A stretch of DNA of 64,000 nucleotides from Podarcis gaigeae. Taxonomy: Eukaryota. Both the position numbers and the translations under genes were made by a program. Of the stretch, positions 54,201 through 64,000 are shown piece after piece. Numbering within the stretch: the first letter of the stretch is position 1; the number at the start of each line of letters is the position of its first letter. The notes under the pieces were generated by a model. The model ran no database searches. It was not told the origin of the DNA and saw only the letters and a list, made by a program, of their open reading frames with translations. The stretch lies in the NCBI GenBank assembly GCA_964106915.2, contig OZ066917.1; one strand, written 5' to 3'.

Positions 54201-57200
54201 TGGGACTAACTTCTAGATAAACATCCAAAGGGCTGGGCTGCAAGTTGCTTAATTGACATTTGAGTTTCTTTGAGACTTCAGTCTTCTTTTGAAAAGGTGA
54301 GCCTTGTTGTTCTTTATATAGCCTAATGATAACAGCTGCTTGGACTTCTAACCAAGGTAACTTTGTCCCCTTCTCTCCTTTCCGTAAATCAGCTTAGAAT
54401 GACAGCTAATGCCAACTGTTGGCTTTGGAGCTCAAATGCCATTCTGATTACAAGTCAGTAGCACAAAACTAGATTTAAGAGCATGTGCTAAAGTAACTCC
54501 CCAATACTAGCCTGAATTAGTGGAGATTATTCAGACCACAGGTCCTACATTGTGATGTGCAGAGTCCAGTCCACTCTTTAGTTTAGAGAGTATGCTTGTT
54601 CCACTATAGCCATCTCTCTTTCAGCCCAATAAGTCTTTCTCCAGCACCCCATGGGTCGTGGATGGAGTCCCGTCATGCTCTTTGTGGGATACGTAAGTGG
54701 TAAAGCAATGCTACAGCCTGAATGAGTGAAAATAGAGGTGGAGGGGTACTAACCTGTTTCTAGAATTCACCTTTCTTGGAGGCGAAAGACCAGGGTGGGC
54801 TTAATGAACTTATTTCATATGGCACTTGTGTGTGTTAAGTCCCAAATATTTTTATAGCACCATGGATTTCAGTGAAGCTGATGACCTTCATAGTACTATG
54901 ATAATGTAAATGGATTACAAATTGTTTCCCTGTCTTTAAACTAGACTCATATATTGTATTAGACAAAATCAGCTTCATAGCTGTTATCATAGAAGCATAG
55001 AGTTGGAAGGGAGCCTGAGGGTCATCTAGCCCAACCCCCTGCAATGTAGGAATCCCAACTAGATCATACATGACTGATGACCATCCAACCTCTGCTTAAA
55101 AATCTCCGAGGTAGTGGAGTCCACCACCTCTTGAGGGAGTCTCTTCCATAGTCAAACATCTCTTACTGTCAGAAAGTTCTTTAGTTGAAATCTCCTTTCT
55201 TATAACTTGAATCCATTAAATACAGCTTTGTAAATTCAGAGTGCAAGATATCCCCAAACAATAATAGCCACCCCAAACAATAACTACCATTACTACTGCA
55301 CTGAGAAATTAGAAAAAAAAATAGATGAGAAACTTTAAAACCAGATGGTTCTATTACTCCTTGAACTTATGCTTATGATATTTTAAACGACTTCCAATCA
55401 CTTAAGACACAACAATCAAATATTTTCTAATAAAATACTCATCTGTACATAGAAGGGTGGGGTTGCTGGGGATTTTCTTCTAAAGGGGAGAGTTTCAGAT
55501 GCTGGATAATGGTCCTCCCTGGATAAAGGGAGGGCAAAACAATGACATGGTTCTTAAGAGGCCAGTGCAAATTTTTTAGTATCTCCATGGAGGTTTTACA
55601 ATGTGTTTTACACAAAAGTGGTGTAATCTATTTTTGTAACATTATTCTGGCATGGGGTGTCCTACAACACTAGATTGTAGTGAAACTGTATTGATCTGTT
55701 GCAGGTGATAATTCCCAAGTAACTCTGTCATACACAGAAGATCATTCAAAAGAAGCACATATTCGAAAGACTGGTTGCAGTGGTAGTGAAGTCACCTTGG
55801 AAGAACACCTGGAGATGCAAAATGTAGGAGTTGAAAAATTTCCCAGGGACTCTAAAGTGAGGAGTGAAAGTGACCCTGTAGAAATGGGAATGGTTAGCCA
55901 AAGAACCAAGCACAATACAGTCTTTGAATCTGAGCAGAATCATGTCTCTGACCCAGAGTTCAGTGGACACAGTGTAGGCTCTTGCAGCAAACAAGGAACA
56001 GCAGCAAGAGACGGTAGAACTGATAAAGACCTCTTATGTCAAGATCTTCAAAACTTGCCTCATTTGCAGTATGATCAGTTGGGTGTGATGCATATCTCAC
56101 TGTCTGGAGGAGCAGAGAGTTGTTCATTGTCTAATAATATACTAGCGGAAAGGACAAATGCAAAATTGCTATCCCCTCTGAGAGCTGCCCGAAATGAAAT
56201 GCTGAAAGGAACTATTGCAGCCAACTCTAGCCATTCAGCAGAAACAAATAAAAATCTAGAGCACATAATGGGACAGCCAGCTGAACTTCCTGTACTTGGC
56301 CAGCAAAACCCAGACAGTCATGCTGCCTCTGATTGTCAAAACCAGGATAAAATTGAGTCTGATTCTGCTGCAGCATTTGTAGCGAATGCATCTGATCCAA
56401 ATGCTGTAGAGCTCCAGCTTGAAGTTGTGGATACTTCCAACAGCCTCCTTTCAGATGATCAGCCTGTGCACCAAGAACTTTGTTCAAAACCTCAAAACCA
56501 GAAATTGGAAGGCTCTGAAACCTCACAGATAGAAATGCAAGAGCCATCATCTTCCACAAAATCAGATGCAGATAGCTTATTTCGGTCTTCTGATAATGAG
56601 GGGCGTTCAGAGAGATCTACTGATAGCAATCCCACCACATCTGCTGCGTGTTGCTCTCCTCCTCCAGAACCAGTGGCAGAATCAAGTCCAGGGAAGAAAG
56701 AATCAGGCAGTGTTTCCTCTAGTAGTCAAGCCACAGATGTAGATCCCTCCAGCGTAGTTTCCTTAAAGATCATTATCAGCGATGACACATTCATTTCAGC
56801 AGATGCCGAGCTGAACAATGCAGTTTCCAGCATCGCTGGAGAAAACTTGCCGACTATAATCCTGTCCTCACCAGCTAAGTCACCAGCCAAGCTAACGGGA
56901 CCAGCCAGATGCATAACTTCGGAAGAGGTTGAAAGAACTGGGGATTCAGCTTTGGTAGAACAGAATCTTCTTGTGCTCAGACCTCAAGACTCTGTCGCGA
57001 GTACACTCAACATATCAAATGAGGAGTGTGCTGTTTTTTCCATTGCTGGGACGTCCAGCGTTGCCAAGGATGGGGGATTTATACAGCTGATGCCAGCCAC
57101 AAACACATCTTTCAGCAACTCCAATGGTGTCTATATTGCCACCTGTATGACTGAGCCAGCTTTAAATACAAACGTTACTCCCTCAAACTTGGTTATGTTG

Positions 57201-60200
57201 CCTGGCAGTTCAGCATCTCTTGCACCGCAGGTTCCAACACCACAGCAGTTACGGACTCCTCCTAGAACAAGCAACTTGTTTGCCATGAACCCGCCAATGT
57301 CGCCAAACTTTTCACAGGGTAACTATTGGTTTAAAACCGTAACTGAAGTTTATACTGGTTTTGGTCATAAGTCTGTTGCTTTACTATTTAAATGAGTTAG
57401 AACTTACATATTACATTGCTCTTCACTTGTAGGTAACTTATAAAATGTGTTTATGGTAGCCAGATGCAAAAATCATGCAGCTGATTTCAGAATAATCCAG
57501 TTTCCCATAATAGAAGCAGAAGAGTTTCATTGTATGGTTTACTTTCAAATGGTTCCTGTGGCCAGTAATATCTAAACCTTGATTCCATGGATTTAATACC
57601 CATTTAGCACTATGGAATTTGTGCTTAACTTGTGACAAGTCAAAAACCAGTGGGTGGCAAGTAAATTGACATATTTGCTTCTTTAGAATTAAGTACCAAG
57701 GATTTTGAGTGGTATGCGCATGCATTCAAATACGAAGAAAAGTTGATTTAAGAAAGCTACCCCTTTGGGTTAGAGGCTGAGATTTCTTTGTTTCTGGATC
57801 TCACTATTTGTTTCTGGAGCTCATATAACTAGTCTGGAGGGAAAGCTGTATTCTGGCTTGAAGTTTGTTCTAAAAATGGAATGAGAACTAAGAGCAATAT
57901 ACTAACAGTTGCCTCACCCTTAGGATACCTACTTGGTTGCATGATCAGTGATCATGGATGATGAGAGCTCCAGGCCACAACATCTGGAGGGCACTACACT
58001 GGTTATCTCTGCTATAAGACATTAAGTTGATGGTTGCCTTGCAAATCCCCCCGAGTTATTGTTTGAAGCTCTAGACTGGAGCACCTAACCAATATGTTGA
58101 GATGGGAGAAAGCAAAACAAAGGAGCCCTTCCTGGAATTGAAATGCATTGGAGAAGCCTGGTTTCTTAGGAACACATACACAGTCGCAGGGGTTTCTTTG
58201 CTTCTTTTCTTGCCTTATTGTTCATCTGCCACACAAATAGTTGCTAAAATAGATGTGAATGCAGGCAACGTGTCAGACATTATTTCCTCCCTATAGCTGT
58301 GTACCTAGCAAAGGCTGGGTCACTCCCATGCAGAACAACATATTTCTATTTTAGCCCTTTGTTTTAGAGAACTTGCTGTCTGCAACCTGCTGTATATATA
58401 GGATGGTGTTCTTCATAGCAAGATATCTCAGCTTAGTAGCAATAATGTGGTTAGAGCTATTTACTGCTCTTTCTTTAAAGAGCTTATAGCTGCTTATATA
58501 GGGTTCCCAGGGAGTCTGCCTTCCAGGTAGCTTACGGGGTCATACACACTTAGGCTTACTGGTAGAACAGTGCCATTTGCCTTTGGATCATTCTCTGACA
58601 TTGGATCATTGGCACAGAGAGTGAGAGAGACTCTCTGAGTAAGTACTAACAGCTTGCTCACATGAGTCCTTTGATTTTCAGGTTCTGCCATCATAATCGC
58701 ATCTCCAGTACAACCTGTGTTGCAAGGAATGGTGGGAATGATTCCTGTATCTTTAATGGGGCAAAATGGACATACATTCTCAGATCCTTCCCGTCAGGTA
58801 AAACGCTGCCGCTAAATTTCCATACTGTCATTCTTGAGTTGGAAAATCTTGTGAGAAACCTTCATTGTGCTGCTTTCACTTTCTCCAAGGTTCTGCACAT
58901 GCCAGTACAGACTTCTTTGGGTGGTGGTGTTCCTAAACTACCTCTCCCTCCCAAATCTCAGAGGATCCCAAGAAACAAGACAAATACAGGTGAGCTAGTG
59001 ATGTGGCTGAAGGAAGGGAAGTCTGTTTCTAGCATGGGAAGAATTCATAGGTTGCCAGCTCAAATCTGATTCCTTCCTCAGCAGCCCAAGATACTCAGTT
59101 CTGCAGGTAGAAACTATTGTAGCAGACTGTATATAATGTTGGACTTGTCTTTTTCTTCCATATGAAACCTAGAGTATGCTTCTTTAGATGCTGTTAATTT
59201 TTTTTTAAAAATCCAGACTTGTTTCTTTTAATTAACAGTTTGATTTTTAAACAAATGTTTTAGGAAAGTTGGTACCCAGTGGATCTGAGCCTATAAATCG
59301 TCCTGCTTCTCATGCACAAAGGTCAGTTAAGTTGCATTCCATAAAATGTGGGTGTTTTTTTTCTCAGTTCTCAACATTTCTGGGAAGGCACTCGCATGGT
59401 AAAATATATGAGCGGTCCATAGTTATTTCTGCCATTTGCAGTGATAATGTTTAGGCATTGCAATCATGGGAGCTGCTGGCAAATATAATAGTGATCACTA
59501 ACTTCACACATTATATTTTTTCACTTGAGTGGTTTGGACTGTTTTCTACATTGTTCCTTAGTAGCCTTTGAAATTTTGGCTTATAGCAACTGATAGGGAG
59601 TATAAACTTTCTTGTAGCTGTTACTTTCCATTTGTTCAAAGAATTTTGTTTTAAAAATAGTGGCAAACGTGTATTTTAACATGAATGTTTAAATGAGGGT
59701 TCAGAAACTTTATTGGGTAGTTAAATTAAAGTGGGTATCTCTTCTCCCTATTAGTTGCCTTCAAGGCCTTGTTCTTTAGAAGAAAAAGGATTTGGACAAG
59801 GAAGCACCTCTAGAGCTTAGCCTTCCTTTGCAATGAAACGGTCCTATGTTTTTCAGGCCTGAGGTGGTTTTGTGTATATTCAGCAAATTTTACATGTTTT
59901 GTGAAGGGTAAAGTTCACAACAGGGAAACCTTTAAAATTAATTCTGTACTTTTCCCTTTATTTTTATATGCATGGAGGGTGTTCTGCTTCTCTTCACCCT
60001 TTTGTTATTTCAGTAAATCAAAAGTTGAGCTATTAAAGATTTTTAAACTGAAGGTGGGGATGTCCCCTTAAACCAACTTGTTTGGTACTCTCTGCTACTA
60101 ACATGGCTGAGTTTATAGCCTTCAGCAATAGTTTTTAAAAAGATACCAAAATAATTTAAAATAGAAATTTCATGACAGAATTGTCAGATAATCCCTACCC

Positions 60201-62267
60201 TTTTCCCCCATTCAGAAATGCAAACTCAGACAAGAATGTTTGTGCAGAATTGAAAAAGAAGCTGGAGACAGTTGCTCTTGACACCCTAAGTTCCGCTTCC
60301 AAACAGAATGAAAGCCATAGGAGAGTGCTTTGCTTTGACAACACTCTGGCTGCTCCAGTAGGAAGTATTCCAGCATCACAGAAAGAAAGGAGTGAAAACC
60401 CTTTATGCTCTGGGAATTCTCCCAGCGCTGTGCTTTCAACTGCTAAAACTCAGTCCTGCAAGAGGGAACGAGAGAGAACTTTGCCTAGGATTTTATGTAA
60501 GCCTGATATTACTAGCAGAAACTTGACTGCAAAGGACACCCAATCTGAGAAGAGACATTCAGGTCCAGGATTGGCATCGGATGTGTTAAGAAAACAGACT
60601 GCAAATAAAGAGAACGAATTGGAAAGGACTGTTGACAAACCCCCCAAAAACCAGGAGGTGGCGACTCTCTCAAACGGCCAACAGAACGTTAGCCTTCATA
60701 ATGAGAAGAACACCTCCTCTGCTCAGGAACTGACTAAAAAGCAGGGGCTGCAGCCAAATGCAAATTGCAAAATTTCAGCAGCTTTACCTTCAAAGGAGCC
60801 AAAAAAAGACCAGAACAGGTCTGCCAACCAAGCCCATTGTTTGACCAGTCCATTAACTAAACAAGCTGTGGAAATGCTGCATGACATTCAGAGGCAAAGC
60901 CCCGCTAGTAAACTTCCTGAAAATGTGGATTTGCCAGTACCACGCACACCTTCAGGAACTGGCGATAGACACTCTGAGGATACCTTTGATATAATAAGGA
61001 CGCCCGCATGTAGACGGTATAGTGAAGACAGTACAACACCAAGGATCATGGTCCCTCCAGCTACTCCTGACTTGCCAGCTTGTAGCCCAGCTAGTGAAAC
61101 AGGCAGTGAAAACAGTGTTAGTATGGCTGCCCACACTTTAATGATACTTTCACGAGCAGCCATTGCAAGGACTAGTACCACTACACCTCTTAAAGACAAT
61201 ACGCAACAGTTTAGGTCTTTGAGAAGTGCAAAAAAAAGGAAACCAGAAGACATGGTTGAATGTGAGAGGAATGCCCGGACTGCCAGTAAAAAAGATATGC
61301 AGAACTTTACAGTGCCAATAAAAAAGAAGAAAGTGAAGGTAAGTAAACTAGTCCTTTCAAACATAATTGCATGGTACTGTTTCTTTTCCAGCACAGTACC
61401 TACAGGCAGAAGAAGAGTTAACAGCTTTTAATCCCATTGTCTAGCTAAATGGCCCAGAATGGGAAACATCATAATGTATCCTGTAATATGCCTTTTCTCA
61501 AGCTCACATTGGCATTCCTAACCTAATGGAAACGGTTCCTTCATTTTTTTACTTGTCACAACTTTTCAGAAGAAATATTTGGCTGAGGAGACATCTCCCC
61601 ATCTTTAGAGCTTGTCTTAATGAATCTTTAGAATCACAGTTGCTTGCTTAACCAATGTTTGCAAGCTAGCCTGTATTGGCCTGCTGAAGTTGTAAGAGAC
61701 TGCAGGTATTGCAACCTTTATGATTATTTTTTTAATAGCTATGAAGTTTTGGTACACTTACCAGTTGACCATTTAAGCCTATGTCCACTGTTGGACTACA
61801 TATACTTATATATAGACTTGAGAAGTAAACAAAATTAGATTGGGGAAGAATCTCAATAGCAGTTGATGCAGAACATTTAAATGTCATGGGTCAGGGATGG
61901 TTTGTTCCAAAGGTTGATTTTGCCTTTTGGGCAGGATGAGACGTGATCCTGGTTTTTAATTTATTTAATGCCCCAAAAGTGGTGGGTGGAAAGCAGCCCA
62001 ATTCTATAAGTGTAGGCCTGCATAATCCCAAAGAACTGTACAAGCTACTTTTGAAAAAGACAGGAGATCCCACTCATTGGTTTATACAGATAAACATGTT
62101 TTTGTGTTGAGTTCTGTGAAACTAAGCAATTTTTAAGCACCTAGATCTTGTTTGCCTCAATGGTTGTGTGTTTTTTTTTCCTTTTTCAGCAGAAGAAGCT
62201 ACCAATCGCATTTCCTGCTGGAATGGATGTGGATAAATTTTTGTTATCTTTGCATTATGATGAATAA
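41748..62267 (+). CDS. NPAT: NPAT (nuclear protein, coactivator of histone transcription), complete spliced CDS, 18 exons, ~1426 aa
   Basis: N-terminal LisH MLLPSDVARLVLGYLQQE; LFDIFDF motif; CDK sites SSPAKSPAK, PRTP, TTPLK; RRVLCF cyclin motif; C-terminus FPAGMDVDKFLLSLHYDE-stop; exons join in frame (4281 nt). Confidence 0.98.
42466..42770 (+). mobile_element. Sauria SINE copy D, 5'-truncated, different subfamily
   Basis: GATCAGAAGG...CCTAGCAGTTCGAAAGCAC...GACTGGACCTAATGGTCAGGGGTACCTTTACCTTT. Confidence 0.88.
42965..43205 (-). mobile_element. CR1 LINE 3' end
   Basis: GAATCAT-type tail; CCATCCAACCTCTGCTTAAA, AGAAAGTTCTTCCTGATG. Confidence 0.8.
44180..44693. mobile_element. Tc2/Kanga-like MITE interrupted by Sauria SINE E
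   Basis: Left end CCATATTTATGTGAATCTA[SINE]TTGCGCAC matches the reverse complement of right end GTGCACATTACATTCAAGTAAATATGG; TA at left. Confidence 0.7.
44201..44560 (+). mobile_element. Sauria SINE copy E (full length)
   Basis: GGGACGCAGGTGGCGCTGTGG...GGTTCGAATCC...GGGGTACCTTTACCTTT. Confidence 0.93.
45059..45177 (+). CDS. NPAT: NPAT exon 2 (119 nt)
   Basis: YLQQEKL...ESSDLKEYAEHCT; AG/GT. Confidence 0.94.
45296..45733 (-). mobile_element. Solo LTR (438 bp), probably Ty1/Copia-like
   Basis: TGTTAG...CTAACA termini; 5-bp TSD ATAAA (45291-45295, 45734-45738); AATAAA on the minus strand at 45518-45523. Confidence 0.75.
45903..45963 (+). CDS. NPAT: NPAT exon 3 (61 nt)
   Basis: SLFGKNLITILNEYITMK; AG/GT. 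Confidence 0.93.
46612..46684 (+). CDS. NPAT: NPAT exon 4 (73 nt)
   Basis: VPAMMSSLWKKLDYTLSQIR; AG/GT. Confidence 0.93.
47424..47464 (+). CDS. NPAT: NPAT exon 5 (41 nt)
   Basis: SMQNSGAFCAHQR; AG/GT; phase fits. Confidence 0.87.
48247..48474 (+). CDS. NPAT: NPAT exon 6 (228 nt)
   Basis: RTRSAIADMKKQR...; AG/GT. Confidence 0.88.
48539..48889. mobile_element. hAT-like MITE
   Basis: 8-bp TSD GTTTAGCA (48531-48538, 48890-48897); degenerate TIRs TGGGGAACC / GGCTCCCCA. Confidence 0.6.
49975..50056 (+). CDS. NPAT: NPAT exon 7 (82 nt; alternative acceptor at 49978)
   Basis: QERKLHSSMVSPGKRK; NAGNAG acceptor; GT donor. Confidence 0.88.
50516..50660 (+). CDS. NPAT: NPAT exon 8 (145 nt)
   Basis: DFQKKKSIVSSG...ELIEGDLP; AG/GTAAG; phase fits exon 9. 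Confidence 0.82.
50942..51141. mobile_element. MITE with AGGGCCAGCC/GGCTGGCCCT termini
   Basis: Perfect 10-bp TIR; internal CCTGAGGC repeats; TSD unclear. Confidence 0.55.
51264..51330 (-). mobile_element. Short CR1 3' fragment
   Basis: ATCTAGTCCAACCCCCTGCAATGCAGGAAT, shared with the copies at 42965 and 54986. Confidence 0.65.
51446..51537 (+). CDS. NPAT: NPAT exon 9 (92 nt)
   Basis: QMIIENAREKILSNKCLQEKLAENINKFL; AG/GT. Confidence 0.94.
51623..51710 (+). CDS. NPAT: NPAT exon 10 (88 nt)
   Basis: ESSIDEFLGLQ; AG/GT. Confidence 0.92.
52209..52344. mobile_element. hAT-Charlie-like MITE
   Basis: TIRs CAGGCATCCCCAACCT / AGGTTGGGGATGCCTG; 8-bp TSD GTCTACAC/GTCTACAT. Confidence 0.88.
53238..53334 (+). 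CDS. NPAT: NPAT exon 11 (97 nt; alternative acceptor at 53235)
   Basis: EIHMTEEAIQEILEQTESDPAFQGLFDIFDF; AG/GT. Confidence 0.94.
53860..53988 (+). CDS. NPAT: NPAT exon 12 (129 nt)
   Basis: KAKGGRNASHSIS...; AG/GTAAG; phase fits. Confidence 0.87.
54986..55217 (-). mobile_element. CR1 LINE 3' end
   Basis: ATCATAGAAGCATAGAGTTGGAAGGG...CCATCCAACCTCTGCTTAAA...CAGAAAGTTC. Confidence 0.82.
55705..57318 (+). CDS. NPAT: NPAT exon 13 (1614 nt, large central exon)
   Basis: Covers ORF 55797-57395; DPSSVVSLKIIISDD, GENLPTIILSSPAKSP, KDGGFIQLMPAT. Confidence 0.94.
58682..58797 (+). CDS. NPAT: NPAT exon 14 (116 nt)
   Basis: SAIIIASPVQPVLQGMVGMIPVS; AG/GT. Confidence 0.94.
58890..58989 (+). CDS. NPAT: NPAT exon 15 (100 nt)
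   Basis: VLHMP...LPPKSQR; AG/GT. Confidence 0.91.
59264..59321 (+). CDS. NPAT: NPAT exon 16 (58 nt)
   Basis: KLVPSGSEPINRPASHAQR; AG/GT; bridges phase 1 to phase 2. Confidence 0.8.
60216..61338 (+). CDS. NPAT: NPAT exon 17 (1123 nt)
   Basis: HRRVLCFD, PATPDLPACSPASETGSENSVSMAAHTLMILSRAAI, KKKKVK; AG/GTAAGT. Confidence 0.95.
62190..62267 (+). CDS. NPAT: NPAT last coding exon (exon 18)
   Basis: QKKLPIAFPAGMDVDKFLLSLHYDE-TAA. Confidence 0.95.
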   Translation, partial: QKKLPIAFPAGMDVDKFLLSLHYDE

Positions 62268-62853
62268 AAACTGAACTGTTCATTGGTCTTTTGCAACTTT
62301 GAGGTGAAATAACAAAATGGGAGTGCAGTTGATGCATTCAAGTGTCACTGCATATTTAAAAAGACACGCTGGTTCTGAAGAAAGTTGCTAGCTTATAAAT
62401 AACTTGGCAGATCAACTTCTGAGGAAGCACTTAATGTACAACCAGTTACGTTTGCACAGTTATACTTGTGGGGATAATGTAAATATTGTACAGCTGTTGG
62501 AGTTGTAAAACAACAAGGTACTACTTTTATTAACACTGGGGGTTGGATGTGTTTTGCAAAATGTGCACATTAACTGCTCAGACATTTTCAGTGTCATACA
62601 TTGTTGAGCCAAATTACGCTTAGAAGCAGGTTCTGTTGAACTGTGGAACTTGCTTTTCAGTCATTGTGCTTGGGGTTATAGCCCAGGACAGATAGCTGGC
62701 TCAAGTTGGAAAACATAAGGTAATGGTTAGCCAAGTCTTAAATTGGATAGCTAGCCAACTTCTAACAATAACAATTCAGCTTGTCCTACAGTGGGAATTT
62801 CCCCAACCTGGTTCCCTTGTGCCTGTCTTTTCCTCTAGTTGCAAATCTGTTAC

Positions 62854-62859
62854 AATAAA
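62854..62859 (+). terminator. Likely NPAT polyadenylation signal
   Basis: AATAAA ~590 nt after the stop, followed by T-rich sequence. Confidence 0.55.
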
Positions 62860-62994
62860 GGCTTTTTCAACTTTCTTACTATATTTACGAATATTAAGAG
62901 GCAATTTATTTTTATTTCATTTAACTTTAAAATACACCTGTAAATGACACTAACCCAGTGTGGTGTGTTTTCGAACATTTCCTAAAAGTTGTTG

Positions 62995-63806
62995 TATTTA
63001 ACACACACCCTTAATAGGAATTCCTCTTCCCAAAGAGATGTTTGAACCATGACTGCCATGAATTGGGATTTTTAACCGAAGCCGTTGACAATGGAGGAGG
63101 GGGGAATCTGTTGTCTCCTTTTTCTGGTACAGCTCCTCAGGAGGACAGGATCCATGTGGATCCGTGCTTTGTAACCACGTTTTAAGTGGGGAGGGAAGGA
63201 AAAACACAGAAGGGACAAGGAGCACGAGAGGGGTGTGCGGAGAAGCAGCTGGCTAACAGTGCAGGAGAGGGGTTTAACGGGAGGGAGGAAAGGAAGGCAA
63301 AAGTTTTCCCCCACCCACCCACCGAAGCCAGCCAGCCCTCCCTCCCTCCCTCCCCCCCTCTCCCACCTGCATGTTTTCCAGCTGCCTGTGAGTCCCTAGA
63401 ATGCTGGACGCAGCAGCACTGGAGCACGGAGAGGAGGAGGTGGTGGTGGCTGTCGGCTGCGCTCCTAGACTACGGAACCTGAGCCGGTTGGGCTGGAGCC
63501 TGCACGCAGTGTGACTTTCCTTTCCCCTCTGCTTGCCATGAGGGCAGGGGATTTCCCTGCTCTTTGTTGCGTTTGAGCAAACACAGCAACCAAAAACAGA
63601 AGAGGGTGGGCAGTAAGACCCTGAGGCAGAATGCAGGAAAGCAGCAGCTTCCTCTCTCCAGCCTTCCCGCCTCCGCGCAATCTGATTTTTGCCCCTGCAC
63701 TCGGGCCAGTCGGCTCCAGGGACCACACATTCTCTCAATAACACGCACAGACATTTCCCCTTACTTTTTAGGGGAAAATGTGTGTGTTATAGAGAGAAAA
63801 ATACGG
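62995..63806. mobile_element. Tc2/Kanga-like non-autonomous DNA transposon; right end clear, left boundary uncertain
   Basis: Right end GTGTGTTATAGAGAGAAAAATACGG-TA with a subterminal hairpin (63732-63796); GC-rich interior. Confidence 0.55.
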
Positions 63807-64000
63807 TATCTTGTTCCCCAACCCTTTGCAGATTTGGAAGGATGTGCAAACAACTGTTCATGCTATGCTAGATCTCACCCCAGCTTTTGAAAGTTACTTC
63901 AAGTATACTTTCTAAATTGTCAATTTAAGTAGACCAACTTGCTGCTTTTGCTGTCATCCTTTGTAGAACCAACTAGTAACTAGTAGTATCAGCTTTTGAA

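Noticed and set aside
60888-61394. 168-aa antisense ORF (and similar ones at 56227 and 56726)
   Set aside because: Shadow frames of large NPAT exons; no independent signals
63274-63890. Cluster of ORFs / possible ACAT1 exons
   Set aside because: No thiolase-like peptide; lies within the probable transposon

Overview
Eukaryotic, intron-rich vertebrate DNA. The repeats (Sauria/Squam SINEs, Bov-B, CR1, L2, Tc1/mariner and hAT MITEs) indicate a squamate, probably a lacertid lizard (inference). The window holds the conserved head-to-head ATM/NPAT locus. ATM is on the minus strand: I traced coding exons 2-50 (human numbering) from the start codon at 38492 down to 240. All introns are GT-AG and phase-compatible, giving about 2504 codons, and the gene (rest of FAT, kinase, FATC) continues past position 1. 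NPAT is complete on the plus strand: 18 coding exons, 41748-62267, about 1426 aa. A CpG-island bidirectional promoter lies between them (~40860-42240). I see no new multi-gene system. The best leads are in the introns: (i) a near-zero-spacer inverted pair of young Sauria SINEs made by SINE-into-SINE insertion; (ii) two stop-introducing cryptic (poison-like) exons in ATM introns 3 and 20; (iii) a Bov-B insertion with an inverted 5' piece; (iv) a ~175-bp palindrome just inside ATM intron 1; (v) a solo LTR in NPAT intron 2 pointing toward ATM; (vi) uORF-generating alternative ATM leader donors. Comparisons with human exon sizes and residues are from memory and should be re-checked by alignment.
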